Positions 59,808 through 64,000 of a stretch of 64,000 nucleotides of DNA are shown here, piece by piece. The position numbers were made by a program, and so were the translations under genes. Under the pieces are notes generated by a model that saw only the letters and a program-made list of their open reading frames with translations, had not been told where the DNA came from and searched no databases. The first letter of the stretch is position 1, and the number at the start of each line of letters is the position of its first letter. The DNA is from an uncultured Gammaproteobacteria bacterium (GTDB taxonomy: Bacteria > Pseudomonadota > Gammaproteobacteria > UBA9214). The stretch spans positions 54,383 through 118,382 of the forward strand of contig CAWHCQ010000014.1 in NCBI GenBank assembly GCA_963827755.1, given 5' to 3'.

Positions 59808-61775
59808 TTAATGATCGCCCATTGCCATGTCGATATAGCCGGTGGGGCAGACATCCGAACAGATGTGGCAGCCGATGCATTTGTCATAGTCGGTGTCGAC
59901 ATAACGGCCCATCGTCGCCTGGTCCTTCTTCACCCTGAAAATGGCATCCTGCGGGCAGTAGATGACGCAGTTGTCACATTCAAAGCACATGCCGCAACTC
60001 ATGCAGCGACCGGCTTCGTCGACGGCCTTTTCCGTGGTCAGGCCAATGCCGCGCTCTTCGAAATGCCCGAGCACATCATCAGCAGAAGGGCCTTGGGCGG
60101 AACGCTTGTTTCTCGGCGTGTACGGAAAATGTCCCAGGAACAGGCGGTCCGAGGCAATGATCTCGGCGCTGGAACGGTCTTCGTAGTTATGTACGGCAAA
60201 TTTCGCATCCGCCGTGCCACGCATGTCACCCTGCTCCGCAGCCTTGAATTCCTCAGGCGCCAGGTTGGTTTCTGTTAACTTTTGCAGCAGCTCAAAGTGA
60301 TGCACATCCACTTTTGGCCGTTTTTTCTGGTCTTCCTGTTTCAGGTAATGGTTAATGCTCTCCGAGGCGATTGATGCCTGGCCGATAGCGGTTGTCAGCA
60401 GGTGAGGACGAACGATGTCACCGGCAACAAAGTGACCTTCGCGCCCCGGAACCTGGTAGAAAGAATCTGCATCAATCAGTCCACGGCCGTTGTCCAGCGA
60501 TTCCAGCCCTTCACTCAGGTCGCCACCCTGGCCGATGGCCGAGACGATCAGGTCGCATTCGATTTCGTACTCTGTTCCCTCAACAGGGATCGGACGGCCT
60601 TCTTCCATCTTGCACTTGGCCATCTTCAGGGCTTTTGCACGACCATCATCATCAAGGATGACCTCGAGTGGCATAACGCCATTGTCAATGCGAACACCCT
60701 CATGCAATGCGTCATGAACCTCGTGCTCGGTTGCGGTCATTTCTTCACGCTCGAACAGGGAGGTCAGGGTAACCTCGGCACCTTCACGGGCTGCCGCAAA
60801 GGCGGAATCGTGGGCGACATAGCCACCGATGACCTGCTCCGGACGGTCTTCCTTGCCCATCATGTCGATCTTGCCAAGACGGCGGGCAACCGACACCACG
60901 TCGATAGAGGTATCACCACCACCCACACAGACAACCTTGTCGGCAGTGACCTTCATGGTGCCTTGATTAAAGGCTTCCAGAAATGCCACACCGGTTACAC
61001 AGTTCGGGGCGTCGCTGTTGGGTACCGGAAGACTGCGACCTGATTTACATCCAAGTGCCCAGAGGATTGCATCGTATTCCTTTTCGACTTCCTCGATTGA
61101 GACATCTTTACCGACGCGGGTGTTCATACGCAGTTCGATACCACCCATGTCAACAATACGCTGACATTCGTGATTCAACACATCACGCGGTGTACGGTAG
61201 CCCGGGATGCCATAACGCATCATGCCGCCGAGTTCTTCATGGTCGTCAAAAATTGTGCTGCCGTGACCAAGACGACGCAGCTGGTAGGCGGCCGCCATAC
61301 CGGCCGGACCGCCGCCGATGATGGCAATCTTCTTGCCGCTCAGCGGGGCCGAGTTGTCAAAGGTGAATTTCTGCTCGTAGGCCGAGTCACCAATGAACTG
61401 CTCGACGGCGTTGATACCGACGAAGTCTTCAACATTGTTACGGTTGCAACCGTCTTCACAGGGGGCAGGGCAGACACGGCCCATCATCGACGGAAAGGGA
61501 TTGGCATCGGTTGAACGGCGGAAGGCATATTCCTCCATGCTCATGTCACCGGAAGGTTTTTCGATGCCGCGCACGATCTGCAGCCAGCCGCGAATATCCT
61601 CACCGGACGGGCAGCTGCCCTGGCATGGCGGTGTACGGTGCACATAGGTCGGGCACTTGTACGTCGTATCTTCATTGAAGATATTATCGCCTTTGCGTTT
61701 GTACGTGTAGTCGCCATCTGTATAACGACGGAACGTCAGATCGTCTTTTTCCATGTCATCCCGAGAAGTTGCCAT
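59808..61775 (-). CDS. dsrL: DsrL NAD(P)H:acceptor oxidoreductase
   Basis: PPCQGSCP, GRVCPAPCE, GGGPAG, GGGDTSIDV, C-terminal CMSCGMCFECDNC and CIGCHICSDVCP. Confidence 0.95.
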   Translation of the reverse strand: MATSRDDMEKDDLTFRRYTDGDYTYKRKGDNIFNEDTTYKCPTYVHRTPPCQGSCPSGEDIRGWLQIVRGIEKPSGDMSMEEYAFRRSTDANPFPSMMGRVCPAPCEDGCNRNNVEDFVGINAVEQFIGDSAYEQKFTFDNSAPLSGKKIAIIGGGPAGMAAAYQLRRLGHGSTIFDDHEELGGMMRYGIPGYRTPRDVLNHECQRIVDMGGIELRMNTRVGKDVSIEEVEKEYDAILWALGCKSGRSLPVPNSDAPNCVTGVAFLEAFNQGTMKVTADKVVCVGGGDTSIDVVSVARRLGKIDMMGKEDRPEQVIGGYVAHDSAFAAAREGAEVTLTSLFEREEMTATEHEVHDALHEGVRIDNGVMPLEVILDDDGRAKALKMAKCKMEEGRPIPVEGTEYEIECDLIVSAIGQGGDLSEGLESLDNGRGLIDADSFYQVPGREGHFVAGDIVRPHLLTTAIGQASIASESINHYLKQEDQKKRPKVDVHHFELLQKLTETNLAPEEFKAAEQGDMRGTADAKFAVHNYEDRSSAEIIASDRLFLGHFPYTPRNKRSAQGPSADDVLGHFEERGIGLTTEKAVDEAGRCMSCGMCFECDNCVIYCPQDAIFRVKKDQATMGRYVDTDYDKCIGCHICSDVCPTGYIDMAMGDH

Positions 61776-61828
61776 GCCTGTTCTCCTGTTACCTGATCTG
61801 GTTGTTAACCTTGATCGGATTCAAAAAA

Positions 61829-63319
61829 TTATTGTTTGTTGCCAAGGACGATCGCGTTGCTGACCAACTGGTGCACACTGACGATGCTGTCCATCTGAAA
61901 ACCGTAGTACGGCATGACCTTTGCAAACTGGCTCTTGCAGATTGCGCAGATTGCCGCCATGTGGGTGACCCCGTGTTCCTCGACGACGTGCTTCAGTGCC
62001 TCCATGCGCGGCAGGGCACCCTTGACGCGCAGTTCCATGAGGTCGTCTGTCAGCAGTCCGCCACCGCCGCCACAACAGTAGGTGGAGTCGTGGATCGTGT
62101 CCTGGGGCATATCGTAGAAATGATTGACACTGGCCTTGATGACTTCGCGCGGCAGGATGAACTGCCCGCCCGGCATGGGACCCATGCGTGAGGCGCGCGC
62201 GACATTGCAGGAGTCGTGATAGGTCAGCACCATGTCGTCATTGGCGGACTTGTCCATCGTCAGGGCGCCGCGCTGGATCAGGTCATAGGTGAATTCCATG
62301 ATGTGCATCGGCACCGGGTATTTCGGGTCGAGAAAATCGAACGGCCCGGCCAGCGTATTCAGAAAGCTGTAGGCGACGCGCCAGGCATGACCGCATTCGC
62401 CGAAGATGATGCGTTTCACGCCGAGATCAAGGGCGGCCTTGCGGATGCGCAGGGAGACCTCGCGCATGTTTTCATAACTGCCGATGAACATGCCGAAGTT
62501 GGCGGCCTCACTGGCATAGGAACTCAGTGTCCAGCTGACACCGGCCTCGTGGAAGACCTTGGCATAACCCATCAGGCCGTCGACGTGAGGCTCCGCGAAG
62601 AAATCGGCGGACGGGGTGATGACCAGGATATCGGCGCCTTTCACATCCAGCGGGAGCCGTACGGTTACGCCGGTTTCGTCTTCAATGTCTTCTTCCAGTC
62701 CTTCCAGCGTATCTTTCAGCGCCGGTTCCGGCAGGCCGAGGTTGTTGCCGATCTTGTAGACCTTGGCAATGATTTCGTTGCAGTATTTCTGGCCGACACC
62801 CACCGAGTCCATGATCTCGCGTGCCGCCATGGAAATTTCAGCGGTATCGATGCCGTACGGGCAGAACACGGAGCAGCGTCGGCATTGCGAGCACTGGTGA
62901 AAATAGCTGTACCAGTCATCGAGTACTTCCTTGGTCAGGTCAACGGCGCCGACCAGTTTCGGGAAATATTTACCGGCAAAGGTGAAATTGCGGCGATAGA
63001 CCTTGCGCAGCAGGTCCTGGCGGGCAACCGGCATGTTCTTCGGATCGGTGGTACCGAGGTAATAGTGGCACTTGTCGGTACAGGCACCGCATTTCACGCA
63101 GGAATCGAGGAATACCCTGAAGCCACGGTATTTACCGGTCAGTTCTTCCATCTTGTCGAGCGCAACCTGTTCCCAGTTGTCGACCAGTTCACCCGGGAAA
63201 CCGAGGGCCTGCTGGAATTCCTCCTTGGCGACAAACGGCTTGCTGTGCGCCATCACCCCTTCGTGGATGTGCGGAATTTCCGGGTATTCCTTCAGTTCTG
63301 GTGTGTCGAAGTCTGCCAC
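61829..63319 (-). CDS. dsrK: DsrK heterodisulfide-reductase-like subunit
   Basis: CVKCGACTDKC, CSQCRRCSVFCPYGID, GECGHAWR, YHDSCN, CCGGGGG, CAIC; GTG start. Confidence 0.95.
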   Translation of the reverse strand: MADFDTPELKEYPEIPHIHEGVMAHSKPFVAKEEFQQALGFPGELVDNWEQVALDKMEELTGKYRGFRVFLDSCVKCGACTDKCHYYLGTTDPKNMPVARQDLLRKVYRRNFTFAGKYFPKLVGAVDLTKEVLDDWYSYFHQCSQCRRCSVFCPYGIDTAEISMAAREIMDSVGVGQKYCNEIIAKVYKIGNNLGLPEPALKDTLEGLEEDIEDETGVTVRLPLDVKGADILVITPSADFFAEPHVDGLMGYAKVFHEAGVSWTLSSYASEAANFGMFIGSYENMREVSLRIRKAALDLGVKRIIFGECGHAWRVAYSFLNTLAGPFDFLDPKYPVPMHIMEFTYDLIQRGALTMDKSANDDMVLTYHDSCNVARASRMGPMPGGQFILPREVIKASVNHFYDMPQDTIHDSTYCCGGGGGLLTDDLMELRVKGALPRMEALKHVVEEHGVTHMAAICAICKSQFAKVMPYYGFQMDSIVSVHQLVSNAIVLGNKQ

Positions 63320-63335
63320 GCCTGGCTCCTGTGGG

Positions 63336-64000
63336 TTACTTGTTTTCCAGCTCGGCAGCCCACGTCGAGATATGACGTTGCTCGCGCGGGTTGTCTACCT
63401 GGTTGCGGGTCGGGCTGAAAAATACGCCGGGGACATGCAACAGCTTGCTTATCGGGAAAATCATCATCAGGCTGGCGACCAGTGCCAGGTGGACCAGCAG
63501 CAGCGGGTCTTCCGGGATCGGCTGCCAGTTGAAATACATCAGGCCGAGAAAGAAGGCCTTCAGCGCCACGATATCGGTGTGGCTGATGTAATCCATCCCC
63601 ATGCCGGTCAGGGCGATAGCCATCAACAGGGCCAGCATCAGGTGATCAGAGAGGGCGGAGATGTAGCGTACGCGGTCTACCAGGAAACGCCGTGCCCACA
63701 GACCGGCAAGTCCGGCGACCATTGCAAACGCGGCGTACAGGCCAAATGGCTGGATCAGGTCAACCCATGTCCAGACCGGATTGGTGAAGTAGCGTAGATG
63801 CCGCAGCCAGTACCAGGAACATGCCGAAGTGAAACAGGTAGCCGAACACCCAGATCCACTTGTTGGACCTGAACAGGCTTTCGAAAAAAGCGACTTCCCG
63901 AAACATGCGCATCGCCACACCCTGGCGTGTTACCGGTGCCGGTGTGGTCGGTATCTTCAGTGGTGCCGGTGTTTTTGCATACTGCCAGATCTTCGATCCC
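63336..64000 (-). CDS. dsrM: DsrM membrane b-type cytochrome, partial (frameshift near 63808)
   Basis: TPAPLKIPTTPAP...FFESLFRSNKWIWVFGYLFH, RHLRYF, SKLLHVPGVFFSPTRNQVDNPRE. Confidence 0.92.

Noticed and set aside
1-64000. Prophage, IS, rRNA, tRNA, CRISPR or anti-phage defence systems
   Set aside because: None recognised by eye; almost all sequence is accounted for by metabolic genes

Overview
Chromosomal segment of a sulfur- and hydrogen-oxidising gammaproteobacterium (Chromatiales/Thiogranum/Sedimenticola-like; taxonomy inferred from gene content only). From left to right: a CopL-type leader with a cusCBA-like metal efflux operon; an unusual module of a SoxB-like metallohydrolase, a porin, a NarL-type regulator, a HAMP histidine kinase and a PhnD-like binding-protein fragment; dodecin, folE and a repeat-rich peptidoglycan-binding lipoprotein; hypCABDFE divergent from an Isp-type (group 1e) [NiFe]-hydrogenase operon (hynD-hynH-hynS-isp1-isp2-ORF-hynL), followed by a hupE remnant, a cNMP-binding protein and nnrS; pdxH, a cytochrome c/DUF302 remnant, a sulfur globule protein, an MlaC-like protein and gpsA; a divergent hemN, fnr, ccoSI, ompW, Yip1 and ccoNOQP-ORF-ccoGH-DsbD_2; speD-speE-ornithine decarboxylase; an ArnT-like/GT2/DedA/UDP-glucuronate epimerase cluster; an S24-like protein, a REP doublet, a rhodanese and a NarX/NarL-like pair; and the distal reverse-dsr operon dsrMKLJOPNR. 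About seven FNR boxes link the hydrogen, sulfur-storage, heme and microaerobic genes. About a dozen frameshifts in core genes and three deletion-like junctions suggest an unpolished long-read assembly, so pseudogene calls are uncertain. All family assignments come from motif recognition by eye; no database searches were run. The best novelty candidates are the SoxB-like hydrolase/porin/two-component module, the structured speD leader, the divergent HemN and the dsr-linked regulator/rhodanese/S24 group.
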